A stretch of DNA of 57,776 nucleotides from Bacillota bacterium (GTDB lineage Bacteria; Bacillota_I; Bacilli_A; Acholeplasmatales; Acholeplasmataceae): positions 1 to 57,776 of the forward strand of contig JAQCDH010000001.1 of the NCBI GenBank assembly GCA_027620815.1, read 5' to 3'. This document shows positions 7,944 to 17,458 of this stretch, piece after piece. The stretch's first letter is position 1, and every line of letters starts with the position of its first letter. The notes under the pieces are model-generated. The model had not been told where the DNA came from and searched no databases. It saw nothing but the letters and a program-made list of their open reading frames with translations. A program made the position numbers and the translations under genes.

Positions 7944-9491
7944 ATGCAAAATTCACACAAGAGTTTATCTATCAAACTAGAAAATTTACACAAGGATTTT
8001 GTCGATAAAAAAACAGGAAAAATCACACGCGCTGTGTATGATTTTGATGTTGAAATTCCGTCAGGAAAACTTGTGGGATTATTAGGGCCTTCAGGATGTG
8101 GAAAATCAACAACACTTTACATGATTGCGGGACTTTTGGCACCAACAAAAGGTAAAATTTTCTTTGGTGAAACAGAAGTCACTGAATTGGACGCCGAAAA
8201 GAGAGGGATTGGCTTGGTTTTTCAAAACTATGCACTTTATCCACACATGACGGTTAGAAAAAACATTTTATTTCCCTTAGAAAATATGAATTTAAAAAAA
8301 GTGTCTATAGAAAAAGCTTATAGACAAGCGTTTTTTATTGAAACACCATCAGAAGCAAAGAGGTATTTTGATTACGTAGATGCTTTTGAAAGCCTACAAA
8401 ACAAATTTAAGAGATTAGACAATGATGAGGCAAATGAAGTGAATAATGCCGTTCAAAGTTTAAAAGTTGAAAGCAAACAAAACAAAGAATTGAAACAAGC
8501 AAATAAAGAAAAAATAACAACACTTAAAGTTGAACTCAAAAACAAGCGTGATGCGCTATCTAAACAATATGAAAAAGAATTAAGCGAACTCGCTGTTGAA
8601 GATGTTAAGGCGTTATTTTCAACAATGAAACAAACGTATCAAGCAAAAGAAAAAATCTATAAAGAAACTTTAAAAAATAATTCTAATGCAGCTGTACCAG
8701 AGAGTGTTTCACTCGTTTTAGAAGCAAAAAGAACAAATTATAAAGCACTAATGGAAGACAGCATGATAGAAATGGCAAAACTCGTTGGTATTGAAGATCA
8801 ACTAGACAAAAAGCCAGCCCAACTTTCAGGCGGACAACAACAACGTGTAGCGATTGCACGCGCACTTGTTAAAAAACCACAAGTGTTGTTATTAGATGAA
8901 CCACTATCAAACTTAGATGCAAGACTTAGACTTCAAACAAGAGAAGAAATTAAACGCATTCAAAGAGAAACAGGTATTACAACAATTTTTGTCACACATG
9001 ACCAAGAAGAAGCGATGTCGATTTCTGATGAAATTGTCTTAATGAATTTTGGTGAAGAACAACAAAAAGGCCAACCTCAAGAAGTTTATGACCAACCAGC
9101 TAACTTGTTTTCAGCACAATTTTTGGGAACACCTCCAATTGGGATATACCACGCGGAACTCAAAAAAGGACAAGTTTTTATTAACCAAAAACTTGTGTTT
9201 GAATCAGAGAAACTCTCTAAAGAAAAAGACAGACAAGTTGTTGTTGGTGTGCGTCCAGAAGGATATACTCTTGATAAAGAAGGACCATTAACAATTGAAG
9301 CTCAGTTTGTTGAAACGATTGGCCGCGATTTTGCCCTAGTGTCTATTCATTCAGCATCTACCGCACCATCATTTAGAATTATTTTAAATGACGAGGTTAA
9401 TCTAAACGAACTAAAAGGAAACGTATCCTTTAAATTAAAAGAAAATAAAACCTATATTTTTGAAGAATCAAACGGTAGGAGACTTGCGTAA
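7944..9491 (+). CDS. ABC importer ATP-binding protein (MalK/UgpC/MsmK type) with a large internal insertion
   Basis: Walker [11 protein letters not shown]-loop [11 protein letters not shown], signature LSGGQQQR, Walker [13 protein letters not shown]-loop IFVTHDQ, and a C-terminal MalK-like regulatory domain. About 150 extra Lys/Glu-rich residues lie between the Q-loop region and the signature motif. Confidence 0.9.
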   Translation: MQNSHKSLSIKLENLHKDFVDKKTGKITRAVYDFDVEIPSGKLVGLLGPSGCGKSTTLYMIAGLLAPTKGKIFFGETEVTELDAEKRGIGLVFQNYALYPHMTVRKNILFPLENMNLKKVSIEKAYRQAFFIETPSEAKRYFDYVDAFESLQNKFKRLDNDEANEVNNAVQSLKVESKQNKELKQANKEKITTLKVELKNKRDALSKQYEKELSELAVEDVKALFSTMKQTYQAKEKIYKETLKNNSNAAVPESVSLVLEAKRTNYKALMEDSMIEMAKLVGIEDQLDKKPAQLSGGQQQRVAIARALVKKPQVLLLDEPLSNLDARLRLQTREEIKRIQRETGITTIFVTHDQEEAMSISDEIVLMNFGEEQQKGQPQEVYDQPANLFSAQFLGTPPIGIYHAELKKGQVFINQKLVFESEKLSKEKDRQVVVGVRPEGYTLDKEGPLTIEAQFVETIGRDFALVSIHSASTAPSFRIILNDEVNLNELKGNVSFKLKENKTYIFEESNGRRLA

Positions 9492-10417
9492 TGTTAGAAA
9501 ATAAAATTGATCGAAAAGCATGGTTTTATCTTGCTTTTCCGCTCCTTTTACTAACAGTATTTACGTTTTATCCCTTAGTAAAAACAATTTTAATCTCTAT
9601 TTTTTCTCAATATAATCCGATGACAGATACATTTGGATCGTATTTAGATGTCGCTGCTTACGGCGCAATTTTTAATGATCCGTATTTTATTAGAGCCATT
9701 GGAAACACAATGATCTTAGTTTTTGTTTCCGTACCGGTCTCTACAGGGCTTGCCTTATTAATTGCAGTTGCTTTAAATTCGATTAAACCGCTTCAAAAAA
9801 TATTCCAAACGGTGTTCTTCTTACCTTATGTAACAAACGGGTTAGCAATTGGGATGGTTTTTAGTGTCATGTTTTCACACCCATTAACAGACGGTTTAAT
9901 GGCTGAAGGTCTAATTAATACCTTGTTTAGACTTTCTAGAGACTGGGTTGGTGTGACCGCAGACCGTTCAGATTGGATGTTTGTTGTTCTGGTGTATTCT
10001 ATTTGGGATGGACTACCATTTAAAATTTTAGTCTTTATTGGTGGGCTCCAAAACATTTCAAAACAATATTATGATGCAGCAAAAATTGATGCAACTCCAA
10101 AAAGAAGAATTTTAAGACACATCACCGTTCCGCTACTATCACCACTTATTAGTTATATTTTGATTACCTCTTTTATAGGTGCATTTAAATCTTATGAAAG
10201 TGTGCTTGCTGTTGCAGGATCAACAGGAAGGCTTCTTGATAGAAATCGATGGACAGCTGTTGCTTATGTCTATGATAAGATTGGTAACGTTGGACTAGAC
10301 AGTAATTTTGTTTCTTACTATTCTAGAGGTGCAGCGTCTGCGGTAATTTTATTTATCATTATTTTGATATTCACGTTTATTAATTTGAATATTTCTAAAA
10401 AACGGGTTCATTACTAA
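9491..10417 (+). CDS. ABC importer permease (MalF/UgpA type)
   Basis: Multi-TM protein with the EAA-type loop YYDAAKIDATPKRRILRHITVPLLSP. TAATG overlap with the ATPase gene. Confidence 0.9.
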   Translation: MLENKIDRKAWFYLAFPLLLLTVFTFYPLVKTILISIFSQYNPMTDTFGSYLDVAAYGAIFNDPYFIRAIGNTMILVFVSVPVSTGLALLIAVALNSIKPLQKIFQTVFFLPYVTNGLAIGMVFSVMFSHPLTDGLMAEGLINTLFRLSRDWVGVTADRSDWMFVVLVYSIWDGLPFKILVFIGGLQNISKQYYDAAKIDATPKRRILRHITVPLLSPLISYILITSFIGAFKSYESVLAVAGSTGRLLDRNRWTAVAYVYDKIGNVGLDSNFVSYYSRGAASAVILFIIILIFTFINLNISKKRVHY

Positions 10418-10427
10418 GGAGAATGCG

Positions 10428-11366
10428 ATGATACAATACATGAATCCAAGCGGTCATTACCGCGTTAACCGAAAACTAAAAGAACAACGTGCACTTTTTG
10501 TTGCAAATAAATCAATGACATATTTCTTCTTATTTGTTATGGCGTTTATTGTGATTGTGCCATTTTACTGGATGCTTAATGTGTCCTTTCAATCTAGTAA
10601 CGAAGTACTTAACTCACTTAACACAAGTTTATTTCCTAAAGAATTTAGCCCACAGAATTATGTCTCAACATTTTTATACTCATCAGCACAACAAGGTGGG
10701 ATTACCTTTACGAGATATTTAAGTAATACACTGATTGTTGCGATATTTTCAACTGTAGGTGGAACCTTCTTCTCAATACTTGTGGCATTTGCACTTGCAA
10801 GACTGAACTTCAAAGGAAAAGAACTTATCTTTACAATCTTACTTGCAACCATGATGATTCCGGGTGAAATGTTAATTATCTCAAACTATATTACAGTTTC
10901 AAGATTAGGTTGGGTCAATGATGATGGTATCGGATCGTTCTTGGCGATGATCATTCCATTCTTTATTTCAATTTTCCATATTTACTTACTTAGACAAACA
11001 TTTAAACAAATTCCTAATGAATTGTATTATGCAGCCAAAGTCGATGGATGCAAAGACTTTAAATACTTAAGAACTGTGATGGTTCCTATGGCAAAAAGTT
11101 CAATCATCACCATCGTCATCTTAAAATTAATGGGTGCATGGAATGCCTATATTTGGCCAGATATTGTTGCAAACGAGAAATACAAACTCGTCACAACCTG
11201 GCTTAGATCTTCATTTACTGATCAAGACGCAACAGGTGTTGGTAGAGTCTTGATCAACTATCAAATGGCAGCGACTGTGATTGTGACAGTGCCATTACTA
11301 CTTATGTTTATCTTTTTTAGAAAATACATCATGTCTGGAATTTCTAGAAGTGGTGTTAAAGGGTAA
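10428..11366 (+). CDS. ABC importer permease (MalG/UgpE type)
   Basis: Multi-TM protein with the EAA-type loop LYYAAKVDGCKDFKYLRTVMVPMAKS. AAGGAGA RBS. Confidence 0.9.
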   Translation: MIQYMNPSGHYRVNRKLKEQRALFVANKSMTYFFLFVMAFIVIVPFYWMLNVSFQSSNEVLNSLNTSLFPKEFSPQNYVSTFLYSSAQQGGITFTRYLSNTLIVAIFSTVGGTFFSILVAFALARLNFKGKELIFTILLATMMIPGEMLIISNYITVSRLGWVNDDGIGSFLAMIIPFFISIFHIYLLRQTFKQIPNELYYAAKVDGCKDFKYLRTVMVPMAKSSIITIVILKLMGAWNAYIWPDIVANEKYKLVTTWLRSSFTDQDATGVGRVLINYQMAATVIVTVPLLLMFIFFRKYIMSGISRSGVKG

Positions 11367-11394
11367 TAAACAAAACAAAAAAGGAGAAAAGGGT

Positions 11395-12834
11395 ATGAAA
11401 AAAGTATTATTATTATTTTTAGCACTTACTGCTGCAGTTTCACTTGCTGCATGTGGTGGTGAACGTACAGGTGAAGAAGCCGCTCGTCTTGTTGAGTGGT
11501 ATGAATTATCTGCAGATGCTGATCTTGATACTACAAAAGAAATCACGATCACGTTTTGGCATCGCATGGGTGCACAATCTCAAGCACTCGTACAAAAATG
11601 GATAGAAGAATTTAAAGTTGTTTATCCAAACATTACCGTGATTGAAGAAAAAGCAGCTGGAGATTATACTGCTTTATCTGATAAGATTGCGCTTGCAATT
11701 CCTGCAGGAAATCAACCAGATATTGCTGAAAGTTATCCAGACCATATTGCACGATATGCTGCTGCAAAAGCACCACTTGCTCTGAATAACTTCATTAATA
11801 ATCCAAATATTGGTTTAACAGATGAAGAAATTGCAGACTTTTTGCCAGGATTGTGGGCAGAAGGTCAAAGTTATGATGATGAAGGAACAATTCTTTCATT
11901 GCCATTTACTAAGTCTTCAGAAGCGTTTTTCTATAACGAAACATATTTTAACGAACACGGATATGACGTTCCAACAACTTGGGATGAAGTATTTGAAATT
12001 GCTGCAGATATTAAATTAAGAGAACCAGATTCATTTCCTTTTGGATATGACTCAGAAGATAACTTATTCATTACAGGGTCTAAACAATTTAATGCACCTT
12101 ATACAGGATATAATGCTGAAACTGGACGCGGTGAGGTTCAATTCAACAACGACTTATCTAAAGATATGGTACGTTATTTTAAAGATAAGGTAGATAAGGG
12201 ATTAATGATTACACGTGCACTTAATGGCGATGCATATAACTCTGACTCAATGAAAGTTGCAAACCCTAAAACATATATGTACGTTGGATCTACAGGTGGA
12301 ACACGCTACGCTTATGTTGGTATGCCTCAAGCGGTTTTTGACGCGGGGTACCGTGTTGGTGTTGCACCACTTCCAGGATTTACTGCAGAATCTCGTTTCC
12401 AAATTCAACAAGGACCAAACATCAATTTATTCAAATCTAATGATGAACAACGCATGATTGCTGCATGGTTATTTGCGAAATTTATGTTAGAACCAGAGAG
12501 AACTGCTGAATTTAGTATTCCTTCAGGATATGCACCAATTCGTTATTCAGCTTACGAAACAACGCGTTGGACAAACTATGTTGCAGGTATTAAAGAAACC
12601 CCAACAACAATGGATGAAGCGATTGCAAAACTTGTTAAAGAAGCGATTGAAATTTTCTTAGAAAACGAAGATATTTTCTTTACATCAGCAGTATTTAATC
12701 AAAGTTCAAAAACACGATCTGAAGTTGGTGCACTACTTGTAAAAATACTTGCTTATGAAGCAGCAAGTGACGCTGATTTAGATGCTTATATTGATCAGCA
12801 ATATCAAGAATCATTTGATTTTATAACGAATTAA
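11395..12834 (+). CDS. ABC importer substrate-binding lipoprotein (family-1 extracellular solute-binding protein)
   Basis: The internal ATG at 11395, after AAGGAGAAAAGGG, gives the lipobox signal MKKVLLLFLALTAAVSLAACGG. It then reads ITITFWHRMG...EEFKVVYPNITV, typical of SBP_bac_1 proteins. Same operon as the permeases. Confidence 0.85.
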   Translation: MKKVLLLFLALTAAVSLAACGGERTGEEAARLVEWYELSADADLDTTKEITITFWHRMGAQSQALVQKWIEEFKVVYPNITVIEEKAAGDYTALSDKIALAIPAGNQPDIAESYPDHIARYAAAKAPLALNNFINNPNIGLTDEEIADFLPGLWAEGQSYDDEGTILSLPFTKSSEAFFYNETYFNEHGYDVPTTWDEVFEIAADIKLREPDSFPFGYDSEDNLFITGSKQFNAPYTGYNAETGRGEVQFNNDLSKDMVRYFKDKVDKGLMITRALNGDAYNSDSMKVANPKTYMYVGSTGGTRYAYVGMPQAVFDAGYRVGVAPLPGFTAESRFQIQQGPNINLFKSNDEQRMIAAWLFAKFMLEPERTAEFSIPSGYAPIRYSAYETTRWTNYVAGIKETPTTMDEAIAKLVKEAIEIFLENEDIFFTSAVFNQSSKTRSEVGALLVKILAYEAASDADLDAYIDQQYQESFDFITN

Positions 12835-12860
12835 TAAAAAAAAGAAAAAGGGAGAAGTGA

Positions 12861-15800
12861 ATGAAAAAATTATTTTTATTACTCGCATCATTCGCACTTG
12901 TCTTTGGTTTAGTTGCATGTGAAGACCCAGTAACGGTCGATCCAGCTCAAGAAACCCTACAAGATGCATATGATACATTAAACGGATTAATCTCTGACCC
13001 ATCAAATATTACCGGTAACTTTACGGTCCCAACATTACTTGTTGGTGGTGTTGATGCAGTATGGTCAACCAATAATCCAGGGGTTGTCACAGTAGGACAA
13101 CCAGCAAGTAACTTAGCAGTTGTAACTGTGAACCGTCCTGCATTTGGTGAACCAGATGCTAAAGTCACGTTAACAGCAGTTTTAACGATTCCATCTGAGT
13201 TAGATGCAACTCAAGAGCTTACACTTACTTGGAATTTAGAACTTACTGTTAAAGCAAGTGAAGTTGAAGAAGTCACAATTGAAAATATTGAAGACGTTCT
13301 CGCACTTGACGATGTTGCATATGATGGTACATACCAAGTAACATTAGACGGATTAACCATTGTAGGTAAAGGTTCAGATTCTGCGTTTGCATATGACGGA
13401 ACAGGAATCATTCAACTTTACGGTGGAGACATGAGTGGACTTGAAGTAGGAAAAGTCTATGATGTTTCTGGTACGACTGAATGGTACTTTGGTATTTGGG
13501 AACTTGTTGCTTGGACAGCGGAATTAGATGCTACAGCAACACCACAAATGCCTACAGCTGAAGTCATTACTGATATTGCAGCATATGTCAATAATTTACT
13601 TGATACAGATCAAGACCAATTTGCTTATGGTGATGCAGCAAGCGGCGCTTTTGAAACAGTTTATGCAACAGTTACAGGACGTGTTTATGTCATTCCTGGT
13701 GACACATCAAACTACAACACCTATATTATGCCAACCAATTATGACACAACACAAACATGGGTTCCAGGTACTACAGACGAACCAACAGTTGGTTTAATGA
13801 TTTACTATAATACATTTAATATGGCTGACATACAAGCATATAACGGAAAAGTTATTACAGTAGACATTTTAATTTATACATTTAGATCTAATAATAAAGC
13901 ATTTGCCTTCTACTATGTAGGTGGTGAAGATGGAATTACAGCAAGCCTTACAGATGCAGAAGCAATTGAAGTTGATGGTTCAGCATTATCGATTCCATTT
14001 AACATTCTTGAAGATACTACACTAGATTTAGCAACGACAGGTGCAAATGGCACGACAATTGCTTGGACATCAGATAATGAAGCTGTCATTAATCCAACGA
14101 CTGGTGCAGTCACTGTACCAACAGATGGTCAAGTTACAGTTCAATTAACTGCAACAGTATCACTTGGAACTGCAACTGCAGTTGTTAAGGAATTTACTGT
14201 TAAAGTCGGAGTATCACCAGTTGTTTCTATTTCTGAAGCGTTAGAAATTGCAGCAGGTGAACTTGCAGTAGTTCAAGGGTATGTTACATTGAATGTTGAT
14301 GGCAATAACTTCTTACTACAAGATGAAACAGGTGCACTTGATTTATATATGCCAGGTGATAGTGAACAAAAAACTGCAATTTTAGCAGCATTAGCAAGTG
14401 GAGAACTTGTTGAAGTTGTTGGTGAACGTGGTGCTTTTAGAGGATTAGAACAATTATCAGGTATCACAAGCGTTGCTGTTGTTCCTGAACCTGAAGTTGC
14501 ATTCCCGATTGTTGTTGATGTAACAGCATTATCACAATTAGATGGACTCGTTGCTCAACTCGTTAGATTTAGAAATCTTGAAGTCGTAAGTATCGCTTAT
14601 GACCAATATAACAACTTAGATATTACTGCAACCTTAGGAACAGAAACAGTTGTGATTCGTTGGGACTCAAGAGCTGCTACACCTGCTGGACTTCCAACAG
14701 AACTTGAAGCGGGCGACATTGTTAACGTTGTTGCTGGTGTGTATTTCAGTAACTCAGCAAGATTAAGAATTGACTCAGCAGATGATGTTTCATTACCTCC
14801 AATGACAATTGCAGCAGCATTATTAGAAGCTGTAGATACTGTTGTAACTGTTGAAGGATACATCACCATGAATGTTGATGGCAATAACTTCTTTATTCAA
14901 GATGGCACGGGTGCACTTGATATCTTTGCTGGTGGTGGTGCAAGCCCTACTAAAGATGAATTATTACGTGCGTATTACGGACGTTATGCAGTTCAAGTTA
15001 CAGCAAAACGTGGAACATTTAGAGGGTTAGAACAAGTATCAACAATTACAGAATTAATGCTTTTAGATAAAATTGGTGCTGCATTCCCTACACCAACAGT
15101 TGTGACAAGTGTTGGTGATTTATCAGACTACATTGCACAACAAGTTCGTTTAGAAGGTTTAGTATTTGTAAGCCTAGCGACAGATCAATACGATAACGTT
15201 GATTTCACATTTACACTAGGTAGTGAATCTGTTGTCATTCGTTGGGATTCAAGAACAGGAGATCCAGCAGGATTCCCATTAACACTAGTAGCTGGTGATG
15301 TTGTTGATGCTGTTGTCGGTATTTACTGGAGTGATGGTGCACGTTTAAGAATTGATGCTGAAGGTGATTTTACATTACCTCCAATGACCATTGCTACCGC
15401 ACTTACTGAAGCAGTAGACACAATCGTAACAATTCGTGGATATGTCACACTCAATGTCGATGGTAATAACTTCTTATTCCAAGACAACACTGGTGCACTA
15501 GATGTGTTCTTAGGAAGTGGCGCAAGTGCTGAAAAAGATGCGTTCCTAGCTGCTTACTTAGGTGGGTATGCAATTGAAATTCAAGCGACTCGTGGCACAT
15601 TTAGAGGATTAGAACAAGTTTCTAATGTTCAATTTGTAAACATCATTCCAACACCAGGATTTAACTTCCCAACAGCAGTTGATGTCACAGCAATGGATGT
15701 TACTGCATTAGAAGCGTATACCGCTCAACTTGTTGAATTTAAAGGATTAGAGGTGATCAGCTTAGCGTACGACCAATACGGGAATTTAGATATTGAAGTT

Positions 15801-16490
15801 TCAAATGGAACTGCAACATTCTTTATTCGTTGGGACTCTAGAACAGGCGATCCTGTTGGATTACCAACTGAGTTAGTTGCTGGTGATGTAATCAATGTTG
15901 TTGCTGGCGCATACTGGAGCAATGGATTAAGATTACGTATTGCAAGTGCTGATGCTGTTGAAAAAGTTGTTGTAGCGACCCCAACTCCGGACCTATTCAT
16001 TTCTGAGTATGTTGAAGGTGATGGCGGAAACAATAAAGCAATTGAATTATATAATCCAACAGCTGCTGCATTAGATCTAACAAACTATAGAGTAGTCTTA
16101 TATTCAAACGGAAGTACAACCGCTTCTCAAACATCAGTACTCTCAGGTTCTCTTGCAGCTGGAGATGTATTTGTAATCTATAACAGTCAATCAGTTTCTG
16201 AAATTACTTCAGTTGGAGATTTATCAGGAAACGTAACATTTTTCAACGGTGACGATGCATTTGTTTTAGAAAAAACAACTGACGGTGGAACTACATGGGT
16301 TGTCATAGATATGTTTGGTGTTGTTGGTGAAGATCCAGGATCATCTTGGGTTGTTGGCACTGGAACAACAGCAGATGTAACTCTTGTAAGAAAACCAGGT
16401 GTGACTGGTGGTACTGGAACATGGAATCCAGAAGAATGGATTGTATATCCAGCAAATGATTTTTCATATTTAGGTTCACATACTGCGTAA
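12861..16490 (+). CDS. Giant surface lipoprotein (1209 aa): Ig-like modules, three tandem ~194-aa repeats (OB-fold-like) and a C-terminal lamin-tail domain (LTD)
   Basis: Lipobox MKKLFLLLASFALVFGLVAC and GGGAGA RBS. The C-terminal segment LFISEYVEGDGGNNKAIELYNPTAAALDLTNYRVVLYSNGSTT...GDDAFVL matches the LTD module of ExeM/NucH-type extracellular nucleases. No catalytic nuclease motif was recognised. Confidence 0.8.
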   Translation: MKKLFLLLASFALVFGLVACEDPVTVDPAQETLQDAYDTLNGLISDPSNITGNFTVPTLLVGGVDAVWSTNNPGVVTVGQPASNLAVVTVNRPAFGEPDAKVTLTAVLTIPSELDATQELTLTWNLELTVKASEVEEVTIENIEDVLALDDVAYDGTYQVTLDGLTIVGKGSDSAFAYDGTGIIQLYGGDMSGLEVGKVYDVSGTTEWYFGIWELVAWTAELDATATPQMPTAEVITDIAAYVNNLLDTDQDQFAYGDAASGAFETVYATVTGRVYVIPGDTSNYNTYIMPTNYDTTQTWVPGTTDEPTVGLMIYYNTFNMADIQAYNGKVITVDILIYTFRSNNKAFAFYYVGGEDGITASLTDAEAIEVDGSALSIPFNILEDTTLDLATTGANGTTIAWTSDNEAVINPTTGAVTVPTDGQVTVQLTATVSLGTATAVVKEFTVKVGVSPVVSISEALEIAAGELAVVQGYVTLNVDGNNFLLQDETGALDLYMPGDSEQKTAILAALASGELVEVVGERGAFRGLEQLSGITSVAVVPEPEVAFPIVVDVTALSQLDGLVAQLVRFRNLEVVSIAYDQYNNLDITATLGTETVVIRWDSRAATPAGLPTELEAGDIVNVVAGVYFSNSARLRIDSADDVSLPPMTIAAALLEAVDTVVTVEGYITMNVDGNNFFIQDGTGALDIFAGGGASPTKDELLRAYYGRYAVQVTAKRGTFRGLEQVSTITELMLLDKIGAAFPTPTVVTSVGDLSDYIAQQVRLEGLVFVSLATDQYDNVDFTFTLGSESVVIRWDSRTGDPAGFPLTLVAGDVVDAVVGIYWSDGARLRIDAEGDFTLPPMTIATALTEAVDTIVTIRGYVTLNVDGNNFLFQDNTGALDVFLGSGASAEKDAFLAAYLGGYAIEIQATRGTFRGLEQVSNVQFVNIIPTPGFNFPTAVDVTAMDVTALEAYTAQLVEFKGLEVISLAYDQYGNLDIEVSNGTATFFIRWDSRTGDPVGLPTELVAGDVINVVAGAYWSNGLRLRIASADAVEKVVVATPTPDLFISEYVEGDGGNNKAIELYNPTAAALDLTNYRVVLYSNGSTTASQTSVLSGSLAAGDVFVIYNSQSVSEITSVGDLSGNVTFFNGDDAFVLEKTTDGGTTWVVIDMFGVVGEDPGSSWVVGTGTTADVTLVRKPGVTGGTGTWNPEEWIVYPANDFSYLGSHTA
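14214..15960 (+). repeat. Three in-frame tandem coding repeats (579, 582 and about 585 nt) inside the giant lipoprotein gene
   Basis: Units start at 14214, 14793 and 15375; the last two both begin TTACCTCCAATGAC. Shared blocks are GYVTLNVDGNNF(L/F)xQDxTGALD, RGxFRGLEQxS, DQYxNxD, (V/F)IRWDSR and ARLRI. The copies have diverged at the DNA level. Confidence 0.88.
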
Positions 16491-16511
16491 TAATTGATTT
16501 AACATTGTAAG

Positions 16512-16541
16512 AAAAAGGATAGAGCAATCTATCCTTTTTTT
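16512..16541 (+). terminator. Rho-independent terminator after the giant lipoprotein gene
   Basis: GGATAG (16517-16522) pairs with CTATCC (16529-16534), extended by flanking A/T pairs. A T7 run follows. Confidence 0.7.
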
Positions 16542-16553
16542 ATTTGTAAAAAA

Positions 16554-16582
16554 GTATTAAAAAACGTATAATAGACATACAC
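16554..16582 (+). promoter_or_regulatory. Near-consensus promoter for the membrane-protein and nuclease pair
   Basis: TTGTAA (16554-16559), a 17-nt spacer, then TATAAT (16577-16582). It lies 19 nt upstream of the ATG at 16601. Confidence 0.5.
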
Positions 16583-16600
16583 AAAAACCTAGGAAAACAC

Positions 16601-17458
16601 ATGGGAAAAATCTTTGGAATCACATCATATATTATATTGATTGCTTTTATCACCTTTATTGTTGCTGGTTATGCAAGAGCCAATCAAACAGTAACATTTT
16701 TAGAAGAACAAGAAGCAAGTATATATGATGATTCAAAAGATTTGATAACAGCAACTTTAATCGCAAACACACAAGGACAATTTGATATTTATATCAAAAA
16801 TGATCCCATCATTGATGTTGAAATTACTCAACCAAACTATGCCTATCAACTTATGATATTTCCCGTGCTATTATACGAAAACAACAGTAATTATCATTAT
16901 GAAATGATCATATTCATTTGCGATTATGAGAATACTGATTCTTTTGCTTTTTTTAATGATGATGCACTTACACTAAAAATTGATATTGCGTTTGAATCTA
17001 ATCCAGAAGGGTTTAATCAAAGTGTCTTTCAAGAACAATTCGTCCAACTATATGACGATTCAATGCACATGTATGCAATCGATCAAAGACATTTTATAAA
17101 GGACACCAAAACAACACGTATTGAACGTATTGAAGTATTTTATCCAACAGAAGGATTTGATGTTTCAACATCAAAACTCATCAATACCGATGTTTATGAG
17201 GATAAGAGTTTAAGTTTTCCAGATTTCTACCAAGCAGATTTAAACACAATAGAAGAATCAAATATTCAACTTGAAACCATTAATGATAAAGATACGTGGT
17301 ATCTTAATACCGAACTTAATACAATGTTTCAATCATATAACTACTTGAGTTACTTATATATAGGAATTGAAATACTTATATTTATTCCCGTCACCTACTT
17401 TACGTTTTTTCATAAAATTGTGAAGAGAATGAAAACAAACAAGGAGATCACGAAATGA
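16601..17458 (+). CDS. Bitopic membrane protein of unknown function with TM helices at the N and C termini
   Basis: 285 aa. The N-terminal TM is IFGITSYIILIAFITFIVAGYA and the C-terminal TM is LSYLYIGIEILIFIPVTYFTFF. The central region of about 220 aa is acidic and Asn/Tyr-rich. ATGA overlap with the downstream nuclease gene. No family was recognised. Confidence 0.65.
   Translation: MGKIFGITSYIILIAFITFIVAGYARANQTVTFLEEQEASIYDDSKDLITATLIANTQGQFDIYIKNDPIIDVEITQPNYAYQLMIFPVLLYENNSNYHYEMIIFICDYENTDSFAFFNDDALTLKIDIAFESNPEGFNQSVFQEQFVQLYDDSMHMYAIDQRHFIKDTKTTRIERIEVFYPTEGFDVSTSKLINTDVYEDKSLSFPDFYQADLNTIEESNIQLETINDKDTWYLNTELNTMFQSYNYLSYLYIGIEILIFIPVTYFTFFHKIVKRMKTNKEITK

Noticed and set aside
14214-15960. 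Whether the tandem repeats could be a CRISPR array or a recently amplified satellite
   Set aside because: The period is about 582 nt, in frame, and translates into three homologous protein modules. The copies have diverged at the DNA level, and there are no short repeat/spacer units. These are coding domain repeats.
11395-16490. Apparently higher GC in the binding-protein and giant-lipoprotein genes as a sign of horizontal transfer
   Set aside because: Spot counts gave about 35% here against about 32% in the neighbouring nuclease gene. That small difference is explained by the Ala/Gly/Val/Thr-rich composition. I cannot compute windowed statistics, so I make no claim.
12947-16527. Many 64-102-aa ORFs on the minus strand or in other frames inside the giant lipoprotein gene (for example 13211..13411, 14597..14884, 15725..16033, 13528..13797)
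   Set aside because: They are all nested in a long, well-supported + strand ORF. Their Ser/Thr/Pro-rich or Gln/Leu-rich translations are typical antisense or off-frame artefacts of a Val/Ala/Thr/Gly-rich coding region.
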